From: Gnetum montanum
Lineage: Eukaryota; Plantae; Gnetophyta
Length of the DNA stretch: 64,000 nucleotides
Reading direction: 5' to 3'
Assembly: GCA_015680685.1 (NCBI GenBank)
Contig: MNCI01002583.1
Coordinates: 1-64,000 of the forward strand
Positions 13,786 to 27,099 of the stretch are shown here, one piece after another; within the stretch, counting starts at the first letter, position 1, and each line of letters opens with the position of its first letter. The notes under the pieces were generated by a model that had not been told where the DNA came from, searched no databases, and saw only the letters and a list, made by a program, of their open reading frames with translations. The position numbers and the translations under genes are program-made.

Positions 13786-14645
13786 TGATAAGCACTGAAG
13801 TACCCCTATGCTCAACCATATGAAACACAAAGCATTCATATGTGATTTGGTTGAATTCTCTAGACTCCCTAGCTTTCAGTGCACTAGTCTTCTAGGAAGT
13901 GAATCTTTCCCTAAGGTCATTCATTATCTTCCCAATTACACATGTGAAGTACAAAGGTATGATTAAGTGTAATTGAGGCATATGATTTTTATCATTTTAT
14001 ATTTTATGTTCTTTGGTGCTTTAAAGAGAGAGATAAAGTAATTTAATGACTAATCTCAATTAACTAACTAATTGATCTCTAAATATTCCTAACATAATCA
14101 TTCGATCCCACTTTCCATACACATCCTAAACCCATGTATCTACTATTGGGTTACCAAGCGCTACGCTACTGGGTGCACCAAGTAATAATGCTACTAGGAT
14201 TACCAAGCCAATAGTTGTTACACTCAAAGCAGTCATATTTATGTATTTAGTCTATCTAGCTTATCTTACTTAATTAGCTAATTAACTTAATTACTAAAAA
14301 ATATTGAATAAATAACTAAGAATATTAAATGCATAAATGAAACATTTAAACTATCTAGAATGTTACAAGGTTTATCAAGAAGCTCATCTTTATTATCGCA
14401 CACACTATCGTGCTTAGGTACAATAGCACTTGAATAAAGATTTGTACACTCAATGACTCATATAGCGGGTACTTGGGAGAAATATCCTAACTTTCAAATG
14501 GACAAACTACAAGAGCTCTACTACTACTATCAATCTGATGCCATAAATGCAGCTAATGAACATATATTTATAGCAAAAAATGGACCCTGTGTTGATGGGG
14601 TTGCGTTGATGAGGCCACATCGACATAGCCAACCATGATGCATCA
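13786..14645 (-). repeat. 5' LTR of element A
   Basis: Direct repeat of 1395-2281, TGATAA...GCATCA, adjacent to the PBS. Confidence 0.92.
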
Positions 14646-16996
14646 ATAGGGAAGGAGGGGATTTTGGAGAGCACCTTTAAAATAATGAAGAAAGAACATA
14701 AATCAAGAATGAGAAAACCTCTTTTTGAGAAAGAAATTTATTCTAAGACCTTAAAAGTTAGAGTCTCTTAGGAATAATTGGATGCATAAATAAGGAAGTA
14801 TATTATGTATTTTTATGCTAAGTATCATTTATATGATGTAGTTTCTAATTTTAATGTTACCAAAAAACAACATAATGCTAACACTTTGCTATTTTTGCTT
14901 ATCGAAGCTGTCCAAGATAGAAGAACATTAGAATGTAAAGCAAAGAGGCTACATTTCAATCTTTCTTAAATTTTCAAGGACAAAAATGAAGGTATGAGCT
15001 AGAAAGAAAAAGATTTCTTACATGACATATTTTCATTGAAAGAAAATAGATGGGACAAAGAAAGTATGCCTTTTTCCAACCTCTTCAATTTACATTTCAA
15101 CTAAATAATTTAAGAAATAATTTAAGAAGAACATGAAAGTGGGCATAGAAGAAGAGATGAACTTGTAACATTGTAGATCCTTCCTCCACCTCCATTAGAC
15201 ATTGTTCCACCACTGAGCAAACTTGTTTTGAATGATAGAGGTTTCCAAGTAGATCAAGGAGGTAACCAAATTGAAGCTTTTTACATCATATGGTAAGTGT
15301 AATTAACGTTGAGTTGAAATTTTAAATTTTGATTAAATTAATATCAAAGAGACTTAATCATTTTCTTCTCTTTACTGGAGATGAATATAAAATCTATGCT
15401 TGCATCAAGAATAAGAAAATGACAATGGAAGGTTTAGTAGAAGACATGGAAACAAAGTTGCAACTAATGTCTCCATGAAAAGATAAGTTGGAAATATTAT
15501 TACTATAGAATAATGTTAATTAGAGGTAGAAAATTTGATGTTCTCTTATTTTCCATGCAAAAATAAAGATTAAATTACATAAGAGTCAAGTCACATTCCA
15601 TGATCTAGCAATAAATATAGACATAGCAGCAGAAAAGATTGTTGTAGAAAAAATTAGATCTACTCTCAACTATGATAAGGATATGATAGTATTGGACATA
15701 GAACAAGACAATACCAATGTCATACTCCTAGATTCTTTGGAGCAAGCATGAAAGGAAAAAGAGAAGCACAAGCACTAAATAAAGATGTTGTCTAAGCAAG
15801 TGGAGCTATTAGAAATAGAAATAAAAAGAAACAACGTGGTCAGGCACAAACCCCCTTCCTAAGAAAGAGGAATAATTTTTTGGAATTCTAGAAAGCAATA
15901 ATGGAAAGGAAGAGATTAGCTCTACCCATGACTAGTCTTTAGAAATCTACAACAACATGGAAGAGCTAGGGTAGAAAGCATTAGAACAATGAAAAGTGGT
16001 ACAAAAGATAAGACCATAGATTGCTGATAGTGAATAAAATTCTATACATAGATAAGGAAATAAGAAGTTTTTTTATTAAAGAAACTAGGTTGAAGGAATT
16101 ATTTGAAGATTTTACTAATAGTATAGTAATTACCACATTGGAGGAGAAGCAAAGAGGTCCCCAAGGCAAACCTACAATAGAAGTGAATGATGATGACATC
16201 ACCTTGGAGAAGTTAAAGGCCTATGAAGAAAAGTCAACAAGCATTCTATCAACGATTCTAAGTTCAATGTTTTATACCTTAAACATAGTCAATTTGAGCT
16301 TGAAGAAGATAAAATAATGAATCCTTGAGATTTATAGAGGGATGCAAGGTAGGCATCAAAATCTTAGGTAATCATTTTATATTATTTCATCTAACTAATG
16401 GAATAAAATGAAATTAACTTATCTTGTTTTTTGTATGCAGACCCTATAGAGAGTAGTTAGAGATTGGTTGAAGAGCCTACTCTAATGGAAGTTGATGAAG
16501 ATGTATAGAAGAAAATTGCTAGAGATACATAAGGCTATTGAGTATTCTTTTTTTTTTACATAGTTTTTTGTGTCATTTGTATTTGATGCAAAGAAATTAT
16601 TTATAAAATGTCAAGAGTGTTTGACATTAATATAAGATGTCATGTCAAAATTTATTATATGCATTAGTTATAAAAATGGTAATGAAAATAAAAAGTATTT
16701 TCACATTATCTTAAATTAGCCATGTTTCTGCAATTGATAACTAAGATTAATGTGACATGTCAAAACTAGAAACCACTTATTAACATAACATTGTTGGCTA
16801 ATAATAAGTGATTAAGGGAAAATTAAAGAAAATTAAAGTAATGTTAATTTTTTTCACTAACCATCATTTCCTAATGATAGCAAATAACAAAAAATAGTCA
16901 AAGGTATATTCTAATAGGCACTAGTAGATGTCCACCAATTAGTGATCAACAAGATGGTAAACAAGCTTAAGTATCTATGATTCTCACAATGAACTT

Positions 16997-19270
16997 TCAA
17001 GTAGTTGAATAAGAAGGATAAGGGTAAATCCTTTTCTTAGGTAAGAATATGTCTAGTTCTCCAAAGACCAAGTCAATAAAATCAATGTCAAAATTAGACT
17101 TATTACCTAATTCTATTAAATTCATAGTAACAATAGAATTCCTAGAAGAAAAAGGGGCTATAGGCTTTCCTATAGGTTCAAGCTTAATATCAGCTAGTTT
17201 ACTACTATGTTGATAAGATTGGGTTTTTGGATCTAAGTAGGAAACACTAGGAATTTGTATGCCCACTAAGATAATTATCTCATGCTTATGAATAGGGATG
17301 TATATCTCTTGATGTATGGAAGAAGATACAACTTGATGTTGAGCTAGCCAAGGTTTCCCTAGGATACCTTTGGTACTAAGACACTCATATATCATCATGA
17401 AGATAGCCTTAGATTGTAGGGCATCATCTACCATGAAAGGTAATCTGATGAAACCTATAACCTATACTCATGTATCATTAAACAAAACAATGTTAGTATA
17501 GGTTTCAGTGAAAGATACTTAATCATGAAGACTAAAATGCTTGATAATAGCCAATTTAATCATGTTTGATTTGGCACCATCATCAACATGTATGAGTGGA
17601 ACTAAAGCTTCTAGAGATACCTTGATGGTGATGTAGAGTAGAAGCTAATAGATATCTCTTGTCTTTAAATAAGCCTTAATATTCTCATGATGAAATTTTA
17701 GACTATATTATCCATAGTGAGGGATTTGAACAAAGAAAGATATGGCTCTCATCCATAGTAATGGGACCATGATTCCCTGAAGAACATCATATAGTGCAGT
17801 GTGATGTTCTTTAGAGGTTGTCACAAAGTAATACAAGGAGAAGTTGATGTCTTTATAATAGATAATAATGGTCATTTTTTATAAGACATTATTGTCTGTA
17901 GGGTGATATGCTTATGAAGTAGGTATTACCATGACTAGCTATATGGGATTGGATGTAGGTGGGAGGCTAGTTAAGAAAGAAATCTCCTATTGTTGCTATA
18001 AGGAAGCATTCTTTATTATATTAGAATGTTTCTTTTATACACCAGTAACCTACGCCTTCTATTTAGCTTACCATGACTTGTTGGCATGTTGATTTCATAT
18101 AAGGATTTTTAGGTAAAATAAGGAAAAATAAGATGTTGGTGCTATAGTGAATGGAAAAGTATTTTGAGGATCAATATGATGTGAGGTAGGCTGATAACTA
18201 GATGGATGGGTAGATTAAGTGAGAGTGGAAGGATGGAAATTGGTAACATGAATGTGATAGAAATATGGAGAAGAATGACTTGATTTGGATGATGCAATGG
18301 GATAGTTAGACCAATGGATGACATAAGGTTACTTAGATTATCATGATAAGTATCTAGGCTATTTGTAATCAGAATAATAGATAATGTAAGCCCCCTTGGA
18401 TGAAGAATTATGAGCTTTTTATTCAGGCTTAAAAGTTGAAATTGTACCTTTAGCTTCCAAGGAATTTTAAAATACTTCAAGTTGTTGGTTATTTGATGCA
18501 TAGTGAAAGGATTTCTCTTCATCATTTTCTTGCCCCTATCATTGAGACATGGATTTCATCTTTCATATCGATCTAGTTATCTATGTCATGTCAAGTAGTC
18601 TAATGATAGTAGTAGTATTTTCAATAGTTATACCACTTAGACACCTTAGGGTCACCTTCTTGTCTTTGAGAAAGATCCATAGCTATTAGTTGTATGTGAT
18701 GGTATCACACTCTTGTTTGATCAAAAAACTACTTTTTAACATGGCCATCTCTAAGAAGATTGTTCAAAAGTAGCAAGTACTCATGGGTGTCTTGGTATGC
18801 TAGTCTCTACTCCTTTAAGGCCTATTTTATTGAGTGAAAGAAGAAGTAGCTAAGAGAACATTATTTTTTCCCTTAGAAAAAGAAGAAACACTTGTAGAAT
18901 TTTGTTAGGCTTGTTATGAATTAACATGAATTTCTAGTCATTGCATTGAATAGCTATTTCTTCAATGCACCTCATATCCAAGAAAGCATCATTTAGAGAG
19001 TGAGGCTTAGAATAAGTCATTATATTCTGAATGTAATTAATTACTATAGCTTCAAAGATGTCTTGTAGATGACATTCCTCCAAATTATAGGGAAGTTTCA
19101 TTGATGTTATTGATAATCAAGAAATGAATTTATTAATGGACTCATTCAGATCTTATTTAATGGTAACAAAAGACATCAAGCTTATGCTTTGGGACATACA
19201 CATTTAATGAAAGCTACCAGTAGTTGCTGAAGAGAGGTGATAGATCCATGTACTAAAAACCTATAAAATT
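16997..19270 (-). pseudogene. gag: gag-protease remnant of element E
   Basis: The translated fragments above are homologous to gag/PR of B (25667-26305) and D (60625-61467). Confidence 0.8.
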
Positions 19271-19281
19271 CCAAATCTCTT

Positions 19282-20484
19282 TGATGAACATCAAAGTGTT
19301 GCATTGATGGGCCCCCTTTTGAGTGGCCTCATCGATGAGCCCCCATTGACAGGGCCTTGTTTACATGGTGTTGCCCCATTGACATAGAATTTTCTACATC
19401 TATGGGGCCATGTTGACACAAACCAATAATAACAAATATAAATACAAGTTCACAGTCATGTTTATGAGGAGAAGAATCATAATTGTACCAAAGATCTTGC
19501 AATTTTTCCATTCGAGAGTTAGAATATATCTGAGTGCCCAAAATAAGAGTCAAAAAGTGTATAGATCTTTATTGGAGAACTATTGTACCTAAACCACACC
19601 AATATGTATGAAAATAAAGATAAGCCTTTTGATCAAGCCTTTCAGCACTTAGAATAGATTAATTATTTATTTATGTATTAATTTTTTTCATTAATTATGT
19701 AGTTAATCAAGTTAAATTAAGCTAAATTAGACATTAAGTGATTATTTAATTGATTATGCTAAATAGATTAAGCAATAAGGACAACCGCTTCAAGCATAAA
19801 CATGTATTCACTTGGTAATCCCAATAGTGTTATTTCTTGGTGCACCCAATAGTGTAGCACTTGATAACCTAGTAGTGGATACATGGGTTTAGGACATGTA
19901 TAGAAAGTGGGACTAGATGCTTATGTTAGCACTAGTTAGAGATTAATTAATTAGTTAAATTAAATTAGTTATTAAATTACTTCATCTCTCTCTTCAAGTA
20001 CCAAAGAACATAAAACATAAAACATAAAACATAAAAATCATATGTCTCAATTACACTTAACCATACCTTTATACATCACATCACAAGTATAATTGGGGAG
20101 ACAATGAATGACTATTAGAGTAAGGTTCACTTCCTATAGGACAAGTGTACCAAAAGACATAAATTCCATGGAATTCAACCGAATTGTCCATGAACACTTC
20201 ATGATTGATATGGTTGAGTGTAGGGGTACCTTTAGCTATTCATCATTAGTGCCATTACCAGGGACTCTTTCTATTGAAACGTGTGCTATCTAGGATTAGT
20301 GAATATCATTAACATCGTTGAATGAACCCTAACGTCAACACCATTCTTACACATAATATAATTACATAAGCATACCACTATTTTATTTATTTTGAAAAAT
20401 GTCTTCTTCTCACAACTGAGATGATATGAAACCACTTGTATCTCAAGAATGCAAAGTGATATATACTCATCCTGAAACATTACC
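19282..20484 (+). mobile_element. Element A2: 5' LTR (19282-20245), PBS (20246-20264) and leader fragment of a second Athila copy, opposite in orientation to A
   Basis: Reverse-complement homology to the A LTRs. Ends CATCA, then TTAGTGCCATTACCAGGGA (decayed Asp-type PBS). The leader matches about 13530-13765, and homology stops at CATTACC 20484. Confidence 0.88.
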
Positions 20485-21418
20485 AATTTCGGGCTCCTAT
20501 AGTTCAATGTCAGATTTGTTAAGTGTCAAAACTTGGGCAAAATTTTTCTAAGTTGGATTTCATGCTATGTAGTGTAGATAGCATAGCACACTTGAAGCCC
20601 TGATATTTTCCAAAATTTTTCTAAGTCTTCCTACTACACTTCATAGCACAGCCAATGTAGTACACACTTCCATGGCTAGTCTGCACAAATGTCAAGCCAG
20701 AAGTGGTCAAGGGCTACTTGATATGGACCAAAAAATTTGGCAAATTTTCTATCTCCTAGACTGTCAAGCTCACTATGCTCTCTAGATTTCCTAGCTTGAC
20801 ACATGTCTCGATTGCCAATCCACCCAAGTATTAGTCTAGAGTCTATCAAAAGTGCCCAACATGGAAAAAATAGTTTGGCAAATTTTCTATATTTTGGGCT
20901 ATCACACTTTGATACGCTGCACAGCATAGCAAGCTTGACATAGGTTTCAAGGTCAAATTTTACCTAAGTGTTGGATAAGGATCTATTAAGCTATCTAGAT
21001 ATGGAAGATGCATTTGACGATTTTCTAACTTCCAAGGTTGCCAATCCTACTACACCCTAGAATGTGGACAACGTGCCACAAAGAAACATTGTAAATTTTG
21101 TCAAAATTTATCAAAGTATGCATGCTACACTCTACTACACTATGCAACATAGACAACATGATGGATGTAGCAAGTCAAAATCTACAAAATTTTACTAAGT
21201 GTTCATGCTACACTTTGTCACGCTATGTAGCGTAGATAACTTAACATGTGGGAAATGCCTTTGAAAGCCTCTAGAAGCTCCAAAAACTTGGTATTGACCT
21301 TCATTTCAGCTTTGATATCCATTTGGTGACCAAGATCATTAGTTTTCCTTGCTTTTGCACCCCCCATTAATCCCCAAAACTGTCCTTACGCTTGACACTA
21401 CTCAGAGAAGGGGGAACA
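20485..21418 (+). mobile_element. 3' UTR plus PPT fragment of a B/C-family Tat element lying upstream of the B LTR
   Basis: Homologous to the reverse complement of the C 3' UTR (about 37800-38900). Ends AGAGAAGGGGGAACA (21404-21418) directly before TGTAGTC. Confidence 0.8.
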
Positions 21419-22359
21419 TGTAGTCTTGGAGCATAGACTCCAAGTTGCATTTGTTTTGACATTATTTGTAGGTACATGGTAGTCTCTTAGACTCTAGCAC
21501 ATGCAGTGTGGGTGGTTTGGTCACACTCCAACAGTCTCTAGGTTCTTGTTCCTATCCTACAAAGCATAACACTTTGAGCATGACATGTCAACATGACCCC
21601 TCCATGCCCATGCCACATGGCACCTAGGCCACATGGCATATAATCTACATCTCACATCAATCCTGGCCCTATAAATACCTTTACATTCAGCATTTTAGGG
21701 GTTGGAAAATCATTTGAGCATTAAGCATTCAAGCATTCCTAGCATCTTCACTACTCCCAAATCTAAGCACCTAAGCTTGACACCTTGGCAAGTATCGTGA
21801 CACAGTCTTCCTCACACCCGCATAGCGTGACGACTGCCAACCCAGTAGGTTAAGCCATTCTTGCAACTGCCAACACTATGTCTATGACATCCTAGAGACT
21901 ATGAACACACTGCTACACTATTGCTATGCCTATCTAAACGTTGCATACCAGCTTCAAACACTGTTCAATCAAAAGTTATGCTCCCTAATCTTGGGGTAGT
22001 GCATTTATCCACACTTAAATTCTTGATCCATTCTCTTTTTTAGTATTTTTTTTAGATTTTTAGCATTACTCTTGAATTTTTCTACTATCAATACACATTT
22101 GCACATTCACATTACTATTTTTAGGCTAAGATCCCATGTTACGTTCTTGCTTGCTATCCCAGCTCCCATGCGTAACTTAGTAAAACCCTTTTTTTACAAA
22201 TGGTTATTGTTACATCATGTAATTCCCTATTTGATCGACCAGACCATTCAGGGCACCTCATTTCTATTTTTCTAGCACAGCCCTCACACGGATTTAAGGG
22301 TAGGTTGTACACTCACAAACCTCTTGATGCTCCAACCAGTGACATTTTTAGACATAACA
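21419..22359 (+). repeat. LTR of element B (941 bp)
   Basis: TGTAGT...ATAACA. TATAAATA at 21670. Homologous over its length to the reverse complement of 36843-37781. Confidence 0.9.
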
Positions 22360-22364
22360 GTTTT

Positions 22365-22380
22365 TGGCACTAGAAGGAGG
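22365..22380 (+). other. Primer-binding site of element B
   Basis: TGGCACTAGAAGGAGG, 5 nt after the LTR end, matching the TGGCGCTAGAAGGAGG-type PBS of Tat elements. The cognate tRNA is not assigned. Confidence 0.8.
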
Positions 22381-22831
22381 ACCTCCCATTCCTTCTATAT
22401 GCAAAGGGTAGTCCCACATGCTTTCTACACCCCCATCACTAGTAGCAAGCTAGCATAGATATAACACCCCTATGGACTTGCCACGGTAGTAGTTGGACCA
22501 TAGGCTAGTGTAGGAGTTGTCTACATTCTAGTTGGCATAGATCGGTCATAGTTAATGATTCTCTTAGAACCCCGTAGGATGGAAAGCCCAAACTGTGTCC
22601 ATTGAATCAAGCTTTGAGTGTTTTGTAGAGTGTGAAAACCCAATGAGTGTAACAGTCCCTTAGAGCATGAAGAGCAGAACATTAGAGATAACTATTTTTT
22701 CAGCATATTCAGACTTAACCATTTTTGTTCTATTTTTTATAGTTTTCATACATAGCCATTTTACTTTAAAATTTTCTACATTTAAACATATTTGCAAGCA
22801 TATTCTTTCCTCACATTTTCTCTATGTAATG

Positions 22832-25800
22832 AAAATGAATGCTGTTAACACCTTAGCTGCTACCTTGAGCTTGGAGGTGGCTCACCCTATCCAATATGTG
22901 GGAGACGTTGAACAACCACCTAGCCCCGTGCAACCATAATGGTAGTCTCTTTGACTGCATCACCAATTTCTTGAACATGGGGCAATTAACGATGAATGAT
23001 ATAACTTCCTTTGCGCAAAGCTTCAGGTGGGCCTATCATTGGACTACCAAGGAATGGAAGCAAAGCATAGTTTTGAGATTATCCATTGAAATAGGAGGGA
23101 GTTTCTTCCCACCTTGGACATGGTGATACTACTCATTGAAAACCTCAAATGGATTTTGGACCAACTTGTTAGGGTGACAAGGCCAAGAGAGCCAGATGCT
23201 ACATCAAACTATGATGAACCCCTACATGATGGGCAAGAGGAGTTTGAATCTCATTCCAATAGTGGTGTCCTATTCTACATCTCAGTCCCATAGTCTAGCT
23301 CTATTTTCTTACTGCATCAATCATAGCACTCTACCTTTTTTGAGGTAGCAGTGATAGTTTCGTAGCCCAAATCTTCACCAATGGTAGCTAGCCACTAGGT
23401 CCTATCTATGCAACAAAACATAGGTCCTTCTACCTCCCTTTCTTTCATCATTTCTTCACAATTTTTCAACCTTCATAGGCAGCATTTGTGACACCAATGC
23501 TATCGTATGTGCATACCATGCCCATATCTCAGCTGCACATAAGTCACATTCCTATCATTTCCACCATCTCGGTCCCACCACCAACAACAACCTTAGCCTC
23601 AACTACGTGGTGGGCTCCAACATTTGTACCTACTATTCAACTATCACATGTGCCATAGTATACATAGCAACAAATGTACCAAGCATTACATGTGATGGCA
23701 CAACCCACAACAGGGCTATGCACCACTCCAATGGCACTACCAATGGTACAGTCGATGAAACCCTCTACAACATTCCTATGTTTGAACCAAGAATTTCAAC
23801 TTATCCAAACTCTCATAGAAGAGGTCAAGTGACTTAAAGTAGCCAACTCGAAGATGGTCCATGTAATGGACTTCTATCAGGATGATCCCATTAGCCCTGT
23901 AGTCCCTCCACTAACACTACCTCCTAGGGTCCAACTTCCCTAGTTCACAAAGTATAGCAAATACGATGACCCCAATACTCACCTAGTGAGTTTTTGTTAT
24001 AAGTTCTTACTACTACAAGTATGGCCACACGCGATCATCCACATCTTTGCCATGTCTTTGATGGGCAAAGCCCTTGATTGGTATCGTGCACTTCTTAGAG
24101 CTTCAATCTCAACTCTAGATGAGTTTTTGAGCCAATTCGTAACCTACTTCAAGTATAACTTGAAGCCAAAGGTCATACTAGACTAGTTAATCAACATAAA
24201 ATAAGGAGCATAGGAACCAATGCAAAAATTTATATTGCATTAGAGCACCTCCTTAAATGAGATTTGTGAGCCAATCACTGAAACCCACCTCCTAGACATT
24301 TTTAAGGATGTAGTAAATGATTTCATTAAATCAAAGCTATACTATTTAGCCCCATGTTCCCTTAGCCAAGCCATTGCTTAGATAAAGAGCATACAAGATG
24401 CAATAAAAGCCAATAGGGACCCAGCTTACATAGCCTACAAGAATGCACATATACAGAGAGACAAAGAAAAGGGAAAAGTCACAAAAACCACTATGGTAGT
24501 TGTGGCTGATGAAGCCAAGCCCAACAACAACAAGAAAGTGGCCAAGGCATCTAAAGCTCTAGCCAATAACAACAAAGCACTGGGCTCTGGCAACGTGGGA
24601 ACCAACCAATCCCAATCATCAGCGGTCATGGGGAAAGCTTCCCCAAGGTCAAAGTTTGAGCACAAGGATCACTCAAAATACACCCCTTTTCCAATCAAGC
24701 TATCAGATTTTTTGGATCTACTACTCAATGTTGGGTGCATTCAGCATAAGAAAATGTCAGAGGATGTGCACAAATGCCATGAGAGGTACTACAAGGTACT
24801 CAAAAACCTTTCTATAGCTATGCCCAATGAGTGTCTGCTACCCAAGAACATCAAGCTGGATCAATTCTGCAACTACCATAAGTTTCATGACCATGACATG
24901 GATTATTTCCTAGCATTGAAAGATGACATTCAATGCATGATTGATCAAAGCAAGTTGGTCCTTGATGAAAGTAATCTTGTCCAGCTAGAGAACCATTCCA
25001 TGAAAATCTATTAGGATCCATTAAATGCTAGAAGTGCAGGTTATATTATCAATGCGATTAGCGTTGATGGTGATGCAAATCCAACACATCAATAATTTTT
25101 GGTTCGTGTGCCCTTTGGTAATGTTGGGGCCTCAACATCAACTAACCCATAATCCCCCTTTATCATCAAGGCATCACCTTGGGTGGCCATGACACCCTTT
25201 ATGGTTAGTGCCCTGCAACACATTGCGATAACAACAACCTAGACACCTTTTATCATAAGGGTTCCAAAATGTGCAGATCCCCCATCTACTTATGATCTAG
25301 TGGTGGGGACTACATCACAACCTACCCATCCAAAAAGATGTGACAAGCATCTGGCCAACAAGATGGCTAGGAAGAGCATAGAGCTGGGTCATCCTAAGCC
25401 TACCTCCTTGTTAGACATTCCAATGGCCTCATCATCTTAGGCCACCAACACAGACATGCACACTTAACAAGTAAGCACTGAGGCTTGAGGGCCCACCATC
25501 CAACCAAAAACCAAGTCTCCTTCTTGGGAGATCACTCTCCTAGGACGTATGGATGAGGAAAAAACCACTAAACAAGCTAATGGTGAAAAATATTTTCTAA
25601 ATGCACTTGCATAGGTCAAATAGGCTCTAAAAAAATAATATAAATTTAAGCCTGTATGACCTAATTATGACCTCCCCTACTCATCACGAGGCCTTGGTTC
25701 ACATGTTGGCATCAATTCCTATTAAGGAAGACATGTCGATAGAGGAAAATTCTATCCATGCCATAATACTTCCGCATACAACCAAAGAGCCAAGGTCAAC

Positions 25801-26510
25801 ACCCTTGACCTTTCATGATAAAGTAATCAAAGCTAACCCTGAAAAGGGTCAAGTAACCACTACACCCATATTTATAACAATTTACATGGGTCAATACAAA
25901 ATTCAAATGGTGCATGTAGATGATGGGGCAGCAACCAATGTTATCCCATTCCCCATTATCAACAAGTTGGGCCTAGTGGATCAAATCAGGCCAACACCAA
26001 TGACCTATTTAAAATCATTTAATGGAGCATGTGTGGTTGTCAAAGGGATAGTCATGATTGATTTCATGGTAAGGGAGCAATTCCCCAATAACATAGAATT
26101 CATCATTGTTGAAGAGATGCCTACATTCAACCTAATCTTAGGGAGGTCTTGGTTAGCCAAGCTACAAGCTGTCTCTTCACCAATCCACCAAGAAATCCAC
26201 TTTCCTTATGAGGGTGTGGAAGTGGTAATCTTTGGTGACAATGTAGCCCCTTTGACCATCAATAACATAGACACTGAACAAGGGTTGGAGGTGGAGATCT
26301 TTTAGGACACACCACATTTTTGCAATGAAATTCAATGTTTTTCAGCTAATGTTAAGCAACCAAGCAAGATGAGTGACCTCCATGAGGAAGCTCTATGGGT
26401 AGAATTGCCCTTTTCTATGGTAGATGATGGCCTAGGGAAGTACCGCCTAGTGCCTTCTAGGCCTTATGCACCACCTAACCTACATCAGGTTAGGAAACAT
26501 CTGTGTGATT
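22832..26510 (+). pseudogene. gag: gag-protease of element B
   Basis: Capsid-like SLMGKALDWYRALLRASISTLDEFLSQF. Nucleocapsid FCNYHKFHDHDMDY. Protease HVDDGAATNVIP...LILGRSWL (ORF 25667-26305). Confidence 0.9.
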
Positions 26511-26644
26511 AGAGCATGTCCCTAATTTTCTTGCCCACTTAACTTATCTCTACCTCCTTTGCCTATATAGTTTGAGTTTGCATTATGTTTTCTTCTTGCA
26601 TTAGTTACGATTTTATTTAGCTTTCTGTCTCTAAAAATAATATG

Positions 26645-26882
26645 GCCTGGAAAGGCCTTAAACTACCATGTGGCCCAAAATGGCCTTAAACTATCGAATG
26701 GCCCGAAATGGCCTTAAATTATTACATGGCCCAAAATGGCCTTAAACTACCATGCAAACTAAAATGGCCTTAAACTATTGTGTGTCCTGCCAAGGCCTAA
26801 AACTAGCAACCAACTTCCTTTTACACAAGGGCCTAAAATGGCCTTAAACTAGCAATGGCCTTGCTACCATGGCCTTAAATTG
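26645..26882 (+). repeat. Array of about 8 stem-loop/TAAACT units (GGCC-N6-GGCC-TTAAACTA)
   Basis: Read directly, e.g. ggcc cgaaat ggcc ttaaatta and ggcc caaaat ggcc ttaaacta. Confidence 0.9.
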
Positions 26883-27099
26883 GCATGGGACCCATAAGGG
26901 GCCTAATTACATCAACAAAAATCATAAGTTAAAATCATAACAATATTAGCCAAATTACAAGTTAAATGATAGAAAGAGAAGTAAATAAATGTCATGTTTT
27001 TCATTAAATCATAAATCAAATACATAGTCTAAATTTACATGGAACATCCAAAAAGACATAAAATTTCCTAATAGTAGGGCTACATCCAAAAAATTCTGA

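Larger units (their letters stand above)
1395..14645 (-). mobile_element. Element A: full-length, decayed Athila-type Ty3/Gypsy LTR retrotransposon with env-like gene
   Basis: Direct-repeat LTRs at 1395-2281 and 13786-14645, both TG...CA. Flanks GTAGG (1390-1394) and ATAGG (14646-14650) form a 5-bp TSD with one transition. An Athila-type PBS lies next to the right LTR and a PPT next to the left LTR. Domains run gag-PR-RT-RH-INT on the minus strand. Confidence 0.93.
1169..16540 (+). pseudogene. Antisense accessory gene of element E (1169-1394 plus 14651-16540), split by insertion of A
   Basis: MEGLVEDMETKLQLMSP (about 15426) matches MEGMVDDMIDCLR.IDP of C. FIKETRLKELFEDFTNSIV matches FVEGLGLRSMFDTFAQNII of D. 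Intron-like segments include one ending TGTATGCAG at 16440. The start is uncertain. Confidence 0.6.
1..19281 (-). mobile_element. Element E: old, highly decayed Tat/Ogre-type element (1-1394 plus 14651-19281), interrupted by A and truncated by A2
   Basis: Gag remnant GSITSLQQLLVAF near 19250. Tat-type nucleocapsid remnant (YYYH...HD...DEI) near 18600. Protease HVDDGAKSN near 17580 and ILGKPWLAQHQVVSSSIHQEI, matching B and D. Pre-RT-like MPNDKT and ELGGLD near 1-170. The TSD of A rejoins the two halves. Confidence 0.7.
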
